This document shows, in pieces, positions 35,119 to 43,317 of a DNA stretch of 64,000 nucleotides. Below the pieces are notes generated by a model that saw only the letters and a list, made by a program, of their open reading frames with translations, had not been told where the DNA came from and made no database searches. How positions within the stretch are numbered: the first letter of the stretch is position 1; every line of letters begins with the position of its first letter. The position numbers and the translations under genes are program-made. The DNA is from Planctomycetota bacterium (lineage in GTDB: Bacteria; Planctomycetota; UBA11346). The stretch spans positions 3,975 through 67,974 of the forward strand of contig BJHQ01000002.1 in assembly GCA_014193115.1 (NCBI GenBank), in the 5' to 3' direction.

Positions 35119-36101
35119 GGAAGCAGCCTCAGCTCCCGGGCCTGCGCCGCCACCGCCGGCAGGTGGCCGTCGCGTTCCAAGATCGTGGCGGTCCAATCGC
35201 TTCGCCCCAGGCTGAACGCCGCCACCAGCAGATTGCGGCGAAAACGGTCGAACTCGATCCGCCGGATCGAGCGTCCAGCGAAATGCAGATCGTAGCGTTC
35301 TGCGGTGAGGTCGAGCAAGGTCGCATCGTCGTCGCTTCCGGTCAGCCGGGCATCCGCGGCGGGCGGCGCCCGGCGATTCCACGGACAGACCTCTTGGCAG
35401 AGGTCGCAACCGAACCACCAGCCCGAAAACTTCTCGGCCAGCGGTCGGGGGACCACGCCGCGGTGCTCGATGGTCCAATAGCTGATGCAGCGCTCGGTGA
35501 GGACCCGCCGTCCGATCAGGGCTCCGGTCGGGCAGGTGGTCTCGCAGGCTGTGCAGCGGCCGCAGCGATCGTCACCATGACCAGCATGGCGGATTTCGAT
35601 GGGCGCTTCGGTCAGCAGCAGCCCCAGCACCCGATAGCTGCCGGCATCGGGGCTGATCACCAGGCCGTTGCGGCCGCGCCAGCCGTGACCGGCGAGGGTG
35701 GCCAAGGTGCGCTCATCGATCGGAGCCGAATCGGTGCAGGCGCGGTGTTCCCAGGTCTGCCCATGGATCTGGTTGAGCATCGCGCCCAGCCTGCCCAAGG
35801 CTCGACGGACCACGTTGTGGTAGTCCTTCCCGGCGGCATACCGGGCACGTCGCAAGGCTCCGCTGGCGGGCTCGGGCTGGTACTGCACCGCAGCCACCAA
35901 CAGGGACTTGGCCGAGGGCAGCAGTGCGGTCGGCCGCATGCGCAGGTCACGGGTCCGGGCCAGCCAATCGAGCTGGCCAATCCCATCCGCCAACTGCGCG
36001 TCCAGGTGGTCAGCTGGTAGGGCGTCGGGCGGCCGGATCACTGCCAGGCAATCGAGTCCGAGAGGCAGGGCCGTCGCCGCAACCTCCTGGAAAGGCAGCA
36101 T
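35115..36101 (-). CDS. queG: Epoxyqueuosine reductase QueG
   Basis: [11 protein letters not shown], the two ferredoxin clusters [15 protein letters not shown] and [11 protein letters not shown], and a HEAT-like tail are present. The start was chosen at MLPFQEV. The rest of the 812-aa track ORF is antisense to lpxA. Confidence 0.85.
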   Translation of the reverse strand: MLPFQEVAATALPLGLDCLAVIRPPDALPADHLDAQLADGIGQLDWLARTRDLRMRPTALLPSAKSLLVAAVQYQPEPASGALRRARYAAGKDYHNVVRRALGRLGAMLNQIHGQTWEHRACTDSAPIDERTLATLAGHGWRGRNGLVISPDAGSYRVLGLLLTEAPIEIRHAGHGDDRCGRCTACETTCPTGALIGRRVLTERCISYWTIEHRGVVPRPLAEKFSGWWFGCDLCQEVCPWNRRAPPAADARLTGSDDDATLLDLTAERYDLHFAGRSIRRIEFDRFRRNLLVAAFSLGRSDWTATILERDGHLPAVAAQARELRLLP

Positions 36102-36371
36102 GGCTCGGACGCTGGCGGAGGAACCGGCCATGTCCATGGAATCTCCCCAGGCGCCGGTGGAACAACGGCAGCCATCTGCGACTCCAAGGTGCATTGAACC
36201 GGGCATCGGCCTGGCCGCGTCGCAGCAGAAACCGTCGTGATTGGACGGTTTGGGTCGGTGTTTGGCAGGAGCGGCAAGTCCAGGCCGGAAACTCGGAGCA
36301 ACGTATGGCATGGACAAACCCGAGACGGCCGTGACCCTGCCCGCCGCTCTCCGTAGGCCAACCACTTCGCC

Positions 36372-37226
36372 ATGCCCATCCACGCCCTCGCCGTCGTCGA
36401 TCCCGCTGCCACCATCCACCCAGACGCCGAGGTTGGCCCGTTTTGCCATATACGGGGGCCGGCGCGGCTGGCAGCTGGCGTCATTCTCCACAGCCATGTC
36501 AGTGTCTTCGGCCGCACCACCATCGGCGCCGGTACCCAGTGCTTCCCCGGAGCGGTGATCGGCGGCGATCCCCAGGATCTGAAGTTCAAGGGAGAAGACA
36601 GTGAGGTCCGCATCGGCCAGCGCTGCCGCATCCACGAAGGTGTCACCATCAATAAGGGCACATCTGGCGGCGGTATGATCACCAGTATCGGTGACGATTG
36701 CCTGTTGATGGCCTATTCCCACATCGCTCACGATTGCCGCCTGGGCGACCGGGTGGTCATCGGCAACGCCACCCAGCTCGCCGGACACATCGTCATCGGC
36801 GACCGCGCCATCATCGGTGGCATGACCGGGGCCCACCACTTCGTCAGCGTCGGCGAAACGACCATCGTCAGCGCGATGTGCGGCATCCGCTATGACCTGC
36901 CTCCCTTTGTCATGGCCGAAGGCAACCCCGCCGAACCGCGGAACATCAACCTCATCGGCATGCGCCGTGCCGGATACTCCGAAGCCCACATTGAACGTTT
37001 GCGCGAGATCTTCCGCGTCCTGTACCACGACAAGGCCAAGCCGAGATCCCTGGCCGTGATCGAGGCCCGGGCGCTGATCGGTCAGGGGACCGACCCCAGC
37101 CATCGCCTGGTCGGCTGGCTCGAAGACTACCTCGCCCGCAGCGTCAAAGGCCGGATCCAGGAATCGGAACGCCCGCCAGTGGTCGGCGGCGCCCCCCGCC
37201 GCGACGACAACGGCGACGGAGAATAG
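36372..37226 (+). CDS. lpxA: Acyl-ACP--UDP-N-acetylglucosamine O-acyltransferase
   Basis: It has hexapeptide repeats, MAYSHIAHDCRLG, NLIGMRRAGY and a C-terminal helical domain. Confidence 0.92.
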   Translation: MPIHALAVVDPAATIHPDAEVGPFCHIRGPARLAAGVILHSHVSVFGRTTIGAGTQCFPGAVIGGDPQDLKFKGEDSEVRIGQRCRIHEGVTINKGTSGGGMITSIGDDCLLMAYSHIAHDCRLGDRVVIGNATQLAGHIVIGDRAIIGGMTGAHHFVSVGETTIVSAMCGIRYDLPPFVMAEGNPAEPRNINLIGMRRAGYSEAHIERLREIFRVLYHDKAKPRSLAVIEARALIGQGTDPSHRLVGWLEDYLARSVKGRIQESERPPVVGGAPRRDDNGDGE

Positions 37227-37245
37227 CCGAGCACCAGGTCGGCAC

Positions 37246-37305
37246 CTGGGAGCGCCGAGCGCCAGCTCGGCTGGGCTGGGAGCGCCGAGCGCCAGCTCGG
37301 CTGGG
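37246..37305 (+). repeat. Two tandem 30-bp copies of the REP-like unit
   Basis: CTGGGAGCGCCGAGCGCCAGCTCGGC occurs at 37246-37271 and 37276-37301, each followed by TGGG. The first copy starts 20 nt after the lpxA stop. Confidence 0.85.
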
Positions 37306-37396
37306 TGTGATTTTGCCTGGCTTGGCGAGCACCAGAGAAAGCGCCGGCAATAGCGCAGCACTCGCCCCACGTCGCAGCGCTTCGCCCGAGTCGCCG

Positions 37397-37422
37397 GCCG
37401 AGCTGGCGCTCGGCGCTCCCAG
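37397..37422 (-). repeat. REP-like unit, inverted full-length copy
   Basis: GCCGAGCTGGCGCTCGGCGCTCCCAG is the exact reverse complement of the 26-mer at 37246. Confidence 0.85.
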
Positions 37423-37505
37423 CCTGCACTAGGAATCTCCTCACAGTTGTGGCCTTGCAATTTCCAGCCATCCAACATCATTCCGCGCCTCACGAGGTTC
37501 CAGCT

Positions 37506-37670
37506 ATGAGCATGCACGGCTCCTTCGCCAGCAAGGGCGGTTTCGCCAAGCACCGCAACGTCCTGTCCCGGGCCGAACGAATCGAACGCCTGAAGGCCGA
37601 CGGCAAGTGGACCCAGGGCAAGAACTCGATCTTCAACCTGCCCAAGGTCCGCAACATCAAGTCGGCCTGA
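37506..37670 (+). CDS. Small basic protein (54 aa), conserved-looking
   Basis: MSMHGSFASKGGFAKHRNVLSRAERIERLKADGKWTQGKNSIFNLPKVRNIKSA resembles, from memory, the 'small basic protein' family seen in Planctomycetes/Verrucomicrobia-type genomes. Confidence 0.65.
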   Translation: MSMHGSFASKGGFAKHRNVLSRAERIERLKADGKWTQGKNSIFNLPKVRNIKSA

Positions 37671-37717
37671 ACGGTACGGAAGCGGCGTTGGCCGCCTTTC
37701 GTTCGTCAGATGGTGGA

Positions 37718-38632
37718 TTACGGACGTTTATCGACGTCGAATTGCAGAGGTTCTCGCAACCGAATCCAGGATTCGGGTAGATTGGGACGGCCGCCCCAGC
37801 ATCCGATGATGCTGCCGATGATTGCGCACGTGGTGTCTCGATCGCCTTCGGCGGAGACCGCGGTCCACATCGCTTCCTGAAAATCGGAGCCATGCCTGCC
37901 GATGACCCAAAGGCAAAACGGTATGGTGTCGGAGCAGGTGAGATAGTTCCCATTCCCCAAAGCGATCACCGCGCTTGCAATGGTGTAGCCCGACGGGAGT
38001 TCTGCCGCACGGGCAATGCCATCATGCGTGTAGCCGGCCGGAGTCGTTGCAAGAATAGTACTGAAAAATTCCTTAGCGTCGAATGGTTTAAGCCGCCACA
38101 TCAAAGAGGTTGCCACGGCCACGGCAATTGCTCCTGCTTGGCCATCTTTGTGGCTGTGGGTCACTTCTGCTGAGAGCCTGGCTTCATGCACAAGACGTTC
38201 GGGATCATCGGCAAACCACGCGCCAAGGACCCCGACGCGCATGGCTGACCCATTACCCATTGAGCCCTCTCCGGAATAGGCCAGTGGAGCCAAGGTCCGC
38301 CATGGGACTCCGTCATGAATTCCGCGCAGAACACTACGCACCGTACCGCCATAACCCTTCCACGGATCGCGGTGGAATCGCTCGGCGAAAATCTTTGCTA
38401 GTCTATCCTGATCGACACGGCCATTGCGGATAAGGCAATCGAAAAGACCCAGCGCCATCTCGGTGTCGTCGGTATAATTCCAAGGACCCGGAGGAAACGT
38501 CAGTTCCTTCTGCCAGCGCCATGCGTCTTTGCTGAAGAAGCGTTCACCAAAGGCATCTCCTAAGGAAAGTCCTTCAAGCGACATGCATGCCCGATCCGCC
38601 CGGTCCAATGGATCGGATGACAAACCGTTCAT
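37718..38632 (-). CDS. ADP-ribosylglycohydrolase family protein (DraG/ARH-like)
   Basis: GLSLGDAFGERF, NYTDDTEMAL, GSMGNGSAMRV, THSHKDGQAGA and GDRDTTCAIIGSI (metal-binding Asp/Thr clusters) are present. The start was chosen at MNGLSS. G+C is visibly lower than in neighbouring genes. Confidence 0.85.
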   Translation of the reverse strand: MNGLSSDPLDRADRACMSLEGLSLGDAFGERFFSKDAWRWQKELTFPPGPWNYTDDTEMALGLFDCLIRNGRVDQDRLAKIFAERFHRDPWKGYGGTVRSVLRGIHDGVPWRTLAPLAYSGEGSMGNGSAMRVGVLGAWFADDPERLVHEARLSAEVTHSHKDGQAGAIAVAVATSLMWRLKPFDAKEFFSTILATTPAGYTHDGIARAAELPSGYTIASAVIALGNGNYLTCSDTIPFCLWVIGRHGSDFQEAMWTAVSAEGDRDTTCAIIGSIIGCWGGRPNLPESWIRLREPLQFDVDKRP

Positions 38633-38693
38633 TGCATCTCCTTGAGGTCTTTTCCGTGAAGATCCAATCTTCGAGTGGAGAACCAGCTTTTCA

Positions 38694-39308
38694 TCAGACA
38701 ATCTCCTTCGCCATCGCGGTCCGCACACCAGCGGTGCGCATCGCATCGAGGGCTTCGCCGATGTCATCGGGTTTCAGGCCGACGCCGCGGCAGGCGTCGG
38801 TGACTATGGTGGTGATGAAGCCGAGTTGGGCGGCGTCGATGGCGGTGGCTTTGACGCAGTAGTCGGTGGCCAGGCCGCAGATCAGCACGTCGCTGATGCC
38901 CTGGGCCTGCAGCCAGTCGCCCAGGCCGGTGGCTTTGCGCCGACCGTTGTCGAAAAAACCTGAATAGCTGTCGATGCCGGGATCGGTCCCCTTGGGAAAC
39001 ACCTTGGCGATGCGCTGGGTGTCCAGGTCGGGATGGAACCGTGCACCGGCTGTGCCCTGGACGCAGTGGGCGGGCCACAGGATCTGGGGCAGTCCTCCGA
39101 GTTCAGCCATGGTGAATGGCACCCCGCCGGGATGGTTCACGGCGAAGCTGCCATGGTCGGCGGGGTGCCAGTCCTGGGTCGCCACCACCACATCGGCCAA
39201 GGACATCAGGTGGTTGGCGGCTGGCACCACGGCTTCGCCGTTGGGAACGGCGAGGGCGCCGCCGGTGCAGAAATCATTTTGGATATCGACCAGGATGAGG
39301 GCGCGCAT
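38694..39308 (-). CDS. pncA: Nicotinamidase/pyrazinamidase
   Basis: LILVDIQNDF (Asp), QDWHPADHGSF (metal site) and ICGLATDYCV (catalytic Cys) are present. Confidence 0.9.
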   Translation of the reverse strand: MRALILVDIQNDFCTGGALAVPNGEAVVPAANHLMSLADVVVATQDWHPADHGSFAVNHPGGVPFTMAELGGLPQILWPAHCVQGTAGARFHPDLDTQRIAKVFPKGTDPGIDSYSGFFDNGRRKATGLGDWLQAQGISDVLICGLATDYCVKATAIDAAQLGFITTIVTDACRGVGLKPDDIGEALDAMRTAGVRTAMAKEIV

Positions 39309-39318
39309 GGGATCTCCG

Positions 39319-40008
39319 TCAGAGTTCGAAATGGAAACCGTCTTTGACCATCCGGCGATAGGATTTCTCATCGAAGCGGTACAGCCGGGCGGCGCGATGG
39401 GCGACATCCTGCTCGACCTCGTCGAGTTCCTGCAGGATGCCCAGCGCCAAGGCTTTCTTGCGGAAATTTCGCTTATCGAGGGGCCGTTCGAGGATGATCT
39501 CGTACATCCGTTGCAGCTGGGTCAGCGAGAATTTTTCGGGCAGCAGTTCAAACCCGATCGGCTGCCACCGGACTTTGCCCTGCAACCGGGCCAGGGCCTG
39601 GGTAAGGATGCGATCGTGGTCGAAGGCCAGGGTGGGCAGGTCGTCGACCGCGAACCAGGCGGCATCGCGGGCGTCGGTGGCGGCCTGGACCCGGTGATCG
39701 CTGAGTCTGACCAAGGCATAATGGGCCACGGTCACCACCCGCTCCCGGGGATCCCGGTCGAGGTCGCCAAAGGTCGCGAGCTGTTCCAGGAACACCCGTT
39801 CGAGTCCGGTTTCCTCGCGGAGTTCCCGGCGGGCCGCCTGGTCGACCGTCTCGTCGAGACGAAGGAATCCGCCGGGCAGCGCCCAACGTCCGCGGAACGG
39901 ATCGAGGTCGCGTTGGATCAGCAGGACCTTCAGATCGGCCGTGTCGAGGCCGAAGACCACGCAGTCGACGGCCATTGCGGCCCGGGGGTGCTCATAGGCG
40001 AACGGCAT
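39319..40008 (-). CDS. nrtR: NrtR-type Nudix-related transcriptional regulator
   Basis: It has an intact Nudix box ([24 protein letters not shown]) plus a C-terminal wHTH ([28 protein letters not shown]). It lies 10 nt upstream of pncA. Confidence 0.8.
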   Translation of the reverse strand: MPFAYEHPRAAMAVDCVVFGLDTADLKVLLIQRDLDPFRGRWALPGGFLRLDETVDQAARRELREETGLERVFLEQLATFGDLDRDPRERVVTVAHYALVRLSDHRVQAATDARDAAWFAVDDLPTLAFDHDRILTQALARLQGKVRWQPIGFELLPEKFSLTQLQRMYEIILERPLDKRNFRKKALALGILQELDEVEQDVAHRAARLYRFDEKSYRRMVKDGFHFEL

Positions 40009-40028
40009 CTTGGTGTCTCTCGGACACC

Positions 40029-40057
40029 TTTTTAGTGTTTAAATAACACTATGTCAA
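40029..40057 (-). promoter_or_regulatory. Sigma70-like promoter TTGACA-N17-TAAAAA with embedded palindromic operator (candidate NrtR box)
   Basis: The minus strand reads TTGACA TAGTGTTATTTAAACAC TAAAAA. The 17-nt spacer is the palindrome TAGTGTT-N5-AACACTA (40033-40051), which has a GT-N7-AC core. The element lies 21-49 nt upstream of the nrtR ATG. Confidence 0.45.
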
Positions 40058-40070
40058 TGGCGTGCGCGCT

Positions 40071-41096
40071 TCAAGCGGTGCCGCCGCGCACGGTCACGGT
40101 CCAGGTGCGGTCGCCATTGTCGGCCAGGACGATCCGATCACCGAGGAAAAGACCGATGATCGTCGCATTGGTGATGGTGTGGTCGCTGGGCTTTCCGGTC
40201 CGGAACCTGCCACCAGCTCCGAGGGCGAGCGGCAGCAGCAGCTGGTCGGCGAGGTGCTCGCAGACCGGAGCGTCGTGGTCGAGATAGCCGGTGACCTGGG
40301 AGACGCATTCCTGGGCGACTTTTTCAGCGGATTTGCGCAATTCGCCAAATGCTGTGAAGACCGCGGCGACCTGCGCGAAGCGCAGCTTGGCGATCAGGCA
40401 ATTCCCCGGACCGGCGGCTTTCACCTCGGTCTCGTCGACCTCGGCGTGGCTCCAGTGCAGCGCATGCTTCACGGCCTGGGCCTCGCGTGAGGCGACGTGG
40501 GCCGGCAGGTGGCTGATCAGAACCTGGGCGTGGCGGCCGATAGACTTCCCCCGCTCCATCAGGTCGAGCGGAACCCGGGCTTGCCACGGCTGGATCGACG
40601 CGCTCATCGCTCCGCCACCGGCAGGATAGAAGCCATGCCGCTGCAATTCGGCGGTGACCGAGATACCGATGCAGTAGAGCACCGGAAAGAAGCTGTCGGT
40701 AAGGAACTCCAGCGGAGGCGCCAAGCTGTTGTGGGTGCCTCCAGCGAGGTGGACGGTCGATGGCCCTGGGGCGTGGAGCAGGATCGGCAGCACGGTTTGC
40801 AGGACCAGGCTGGTGCTGCCCGCTGAGCCGATGTCGAAATGCCAGTCGCCTGAGACTGGCGATTGCGGAGTCAGGGTGATCTCCCGGCTGTTCAGGGCGT
40901 CGCCTTCGAGCTGGCCGTTGCACACCCGGGCTGCGGCCTGCACTGCCACCAGATGCTGGCGTTGCAGGCCGGGCTTGGGCCGGCGGGCGCGGATGTTCTC
41001 GATCTTCACCGTCGTTCCGGTGATGGCCGACAAGGCCAGGGCGGTGCGCAGGATCTGCCCGCCGCCTTCGCCTTGGGAACCGTCGATGATCAGCAT
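40071..41096 (-). CDS. rtcA: RNA 3'-terminal phosphate cyclase
   Basis: MLIIDGSQGEGGGQILRTALALSAITG, SAGSTSLVLQT and HLADQLLLPLAL are present. The start was chosen at MLIIDG. Confidence 0.9.
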   Translation of the reverse strand: MLIIDGSQGEGGGQILRTALALSAITGTTVKIENIRARRPKPGLQRQHLVAVQAAARVCNGQLEGDALNSREITLTPQSPVSGDWHFDIGSAGSTSLVLQTVLPILLHAPGPSTVHLAGGTHNSLAPPLEFLTDSFFPVLYCIGISVTAELQRHGFYPAGGGAMSASIQPWQARVPLDLMERGKSIGRHAQVLISHLPAHVASREAQAVKHALHWSHAEVDETEVKAAGPGNCLIAKLRFAQVAAVFTAFGELRKSAEKVAQECVSQVTGYLDHDAPVCEHLADQLLLPLALGAGGRFRTGKPSDHTITNATIIGLFLGDRIVLADNGDRTWTVTVRGGTA

Positions 41097-41212
41097 AGGA
41101 GCACTCCGCAGGCCCCGGCGCCCAGGTCGGGATGACGGGCGTTGTTGGTTTCGGCCGGGCGGATGGCCACCATGCCACGGCGCAGGCGATCGTCGAGCGG
41201 CCTTGGCGCCGA

Positions 41213-41752
41213 TCAGTCCGGCAGGCTGCCTTTGAGCGCCAGGGGCAGGCCGCAACTGACCAGCACGACCTGGGCGCAAGCGGCCGCCAGGCGCTGATTG
41301 GCGAAGCCTTGCAGGTCTCGGAAGGATCGGCCCAAGGCATGTTCAGGGACGACTCCGGCTCCGACTTCGTTGGTCACCACCGCCACCGGGCACGGTGGCG
41401 CGGCAAGCAGAGCGGCCAGGCGGTCGACCTCGGCCAGCACCGCTGGCGTCTTCCAATCGTGGGTGAACCCGAGATTGCAGATCCACAGCGTGATGCAGTC
41501 GATGACGCAAATACCTTGTCGTCCAACGAGAGTTTCCACCACCGCCGTGGGTTCCTCGAAGACGTTCCAGCGTGGATCACGGTCGGCGCGATGACGAGCG
41601 ATGCGCGCAGCCATTTCCGAGTCGCTCGGATCATCAGTGCAGGTGGCGATGAAGTGGTGCGGGCCGGGTCGACCCAGGGCCCATGCCTGGGCCAGCCGCG
41701 ATTTGCCGCTGCGCGCCCCGCCGACCCACAGCGTGGCGACGGGCTGGTTCAA
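41213..41752 (-). CDS. cobU: Adenosylcobinamide kinase / adenosylcobinamide-phosphate guanylyltransferase
   Basis: It has the P-loop WVGGARSGKS, RIARHRADR and VTNEVGAGVVP. The TTG start overlaps the stop of the upstream gene. Confidence 0.85.
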   Translation of the reverse strand: MNQPVATLWVGGARSGKSRLAQAWALGRPGPHHFIATCTDDPSDSEMAARIARHRADRDPRWNVFEEPTAVVETLVGRQGICVIDCITLWICNLGFTHDWKTPAVLAEVDRLAALLAAPPCPVAVVTNEVGAGVVPEHALGRSFRDLQGFANQRLAAACAQVVLVSCGLPLALKGSLPD

Positions 41753-42339
41753 TGGGCATCACCAGCGGATCCGCTGTCCTTTTTTTCGTGTCCGCCCTGC
41801 ATCTCGACCTTGCGCTCCACCATCAGGTCGGCCCAGGCCATGATCAGCACGGCAATGGTGAAGACGGCGTGGATCACGATCTGGAGGATGACATGGTTGG
41901 AGTCGATATGGCTGCCTTCTTCACCGAGATGGACGAAGGATTGCAGCAAATGGATTCCAGAGACGCCGACCAGGCCGCCCGCCAGCTTGGTCTTCAGCGT
42001 GCCCGGATCGATGTGGTCGAGCCATGCCGGGCGGTCTTCATGGTCGTCGAGGTCGAGCTTGCTGACAAACGTGGCGTAGCCGCCGATCAGGACGATGACG
42101 ATCAGGTTGGCGACCATGACCATGTCGATCAAGGTCAAGATCGACAGCATGAATTTTTTCTCTTCGATGTGCCCGTGTTCGAGGATTCCCGCGATGATCT
42201 GCGACCAGACCTCATAGCCGAATTGCCAGGCGTAGAACGCCTGGGCGATGATCAGCCCGACATAGAGGGGGGCGAGCAGCCAACGGCTGGAGAAGATCCC
42301 CCGCTCCAAGACGCCTTCGAAAGTTTTGAGGATGGTCAT
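41749..42339 (-). CDS. YqhA-family (UPF0114) membrane protein
   Basis: FEGVLERGIFSSRWLLAPLYVGLI and several further TM helices are typical of YqhA. The start was chosen at MTILK. Confidence 0.8.
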   Translation of the reverse strand: MTILKTFEGVLERGIFSSRWLLAPLYVGLIIAQAFYAWQFGYEVWSQIIAGILEHGHIEEKKFMLSILTLIDMVMVANLIVIVLIGGYATFVSKLDLDDHEDRPAWLDHIDPGTLKTKLAGGLVGVSGIHLLQSFVHLGEEGSHIDSNHVILQIVIHAVFTIAVLIMAWADLMVERKVEMQGGHEKKDSGSAGDAH

Positions 42340-42483
42340 GCTGGTCGGTCTGCCATGGCTTCGGTGGGCGGTCAACGGGCCAAGACCAGCGCCAGACGGG
42401 CGCAGGTTCCTGGATCAGGTCGGCAATTGTGTACTAGCATGTGAAAGCTTGCTGAATCCCCATGGAACAGCGCCAGGGCTCAG

Positions 42484-43314
42484 TCATGCCGCGGCTGGTT
42501 CGGGTAGCACGGGGACCGTGTCGTCGAGTTTCGGCGTTTCGACCTGGCCGGCGTCGAGCAGGTCGGCGAAGCGGACCAGGTGCCAGGCTCCGTCGCGGTA
42601 TTCCAGGGCCGAGCACGAATCGACCCAGTCGCCGCTGTTGAGATAACGTACGGTTTTTCCTGCATATTGGGCTTCCCGGTTGGCCGGTACATGCAGATGC
42701 CCGCAGACTACGGCATCGACACCGCGCTCGGCGGCTGAACGGATCACCGCGTCTTCGAACTTGGCGATGTGGCGCGCGGCGGCCGGCAGGTTGCGCTTGA
42801 AGACGTTGGCCAGCGACACCCGGGGCAGGCCAAACAGCCTGCGCAGGCTGTTGACCCAGCCGCCGAGCCATTCCAGCCCTTCATAGCTGAGGCCGCCGAT
42901 CCAGGCCAGCCAGCGCGGCGTGCCCACGATCAGGTCGAAGGCATCGCCGTGGATGAACCAGGTGCGTTTGCCGTCCAGATTCAGCTCCATCTTGTCGATC
43001 AGGTGCAATTCGCCCAGGCAGAGCTCGGTGAATCGGCGCAACGCTTCGTCGTGGTTGCCGGTGACGTAATGGACCGGAATTCCGCGGGTGGCGAACTTCA
43101 GCACCCGGCGGACGACCTTGGTCTGCGACTCGCTCCACGCGCCTTTGCGGAAATACCACAGGTCGACGATGTCGCCGAGCAGGATCAGCTGCTCTGGTTC
43201 CACCGATTTCAGGTAGGAATTCAGCTCGCCGGCCCGGCACCCGGCAGTGCCGAGGTGGACATCCGACACCACCACCACCCGGCATCGCCGCCGAGGGCTG
43301 TCGTCATCGACCAT
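42484..43314 (-). CDS. Calcineurin-like metallophosphoesterase, UDP-2,3-diacylglucosamine diphosphatase (LpxH)-like
   Basis: VVSDVHLG, LLGDIVDLW, VTGNHD, FIHGDAFD, CGHLH and NSGDW are present. Confidence 0.8.
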   Translation of the reverse strand: MVDDDSPRRRCRVVVVSDVHLGTAGCRAGELNSYLKSVEPEQLILLGDIVDLWYFRKGAWSESQTKVVRRVLKFATRGIPVHYVTGNHDEALRRFTELCLGELHLIDKMELNLDGKRTWFIHGDAFDLIVGTPRWLAWIGGLSYEGLEWLGGWVNSLRRLFGLPRVSLANVFKRNLPAAARHIAKFEDAVIRSAAERGVDAVVCGHLHVPANREAQYAGKTVRYLNSGDWVDSCSALEYRDGAWHLVRFADLLDAGQVETPKLDDTVPVLPEPAAA

Positions 43315-43317
43315 CGT

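Noticed and set aside
37246-37305. A tandem 30-bp repeat could be mistaken for a mini-CRISPR array.
   Set aside because: There are only two adjacent copies with no spacers and no cas genes. The unit recurs inverted at 37397 and at 21563, so it behaves as a REP-like element.
36102-37553. The queG track ORF (35115..37553) has an N-terminal extension of about 480 codons.
   Set aside because: The extension runs antisense through lpxA and through the REP cluster, where it translates the repeats as AELALGAPS. QueG homology begins only at MLPFQEV (36101).
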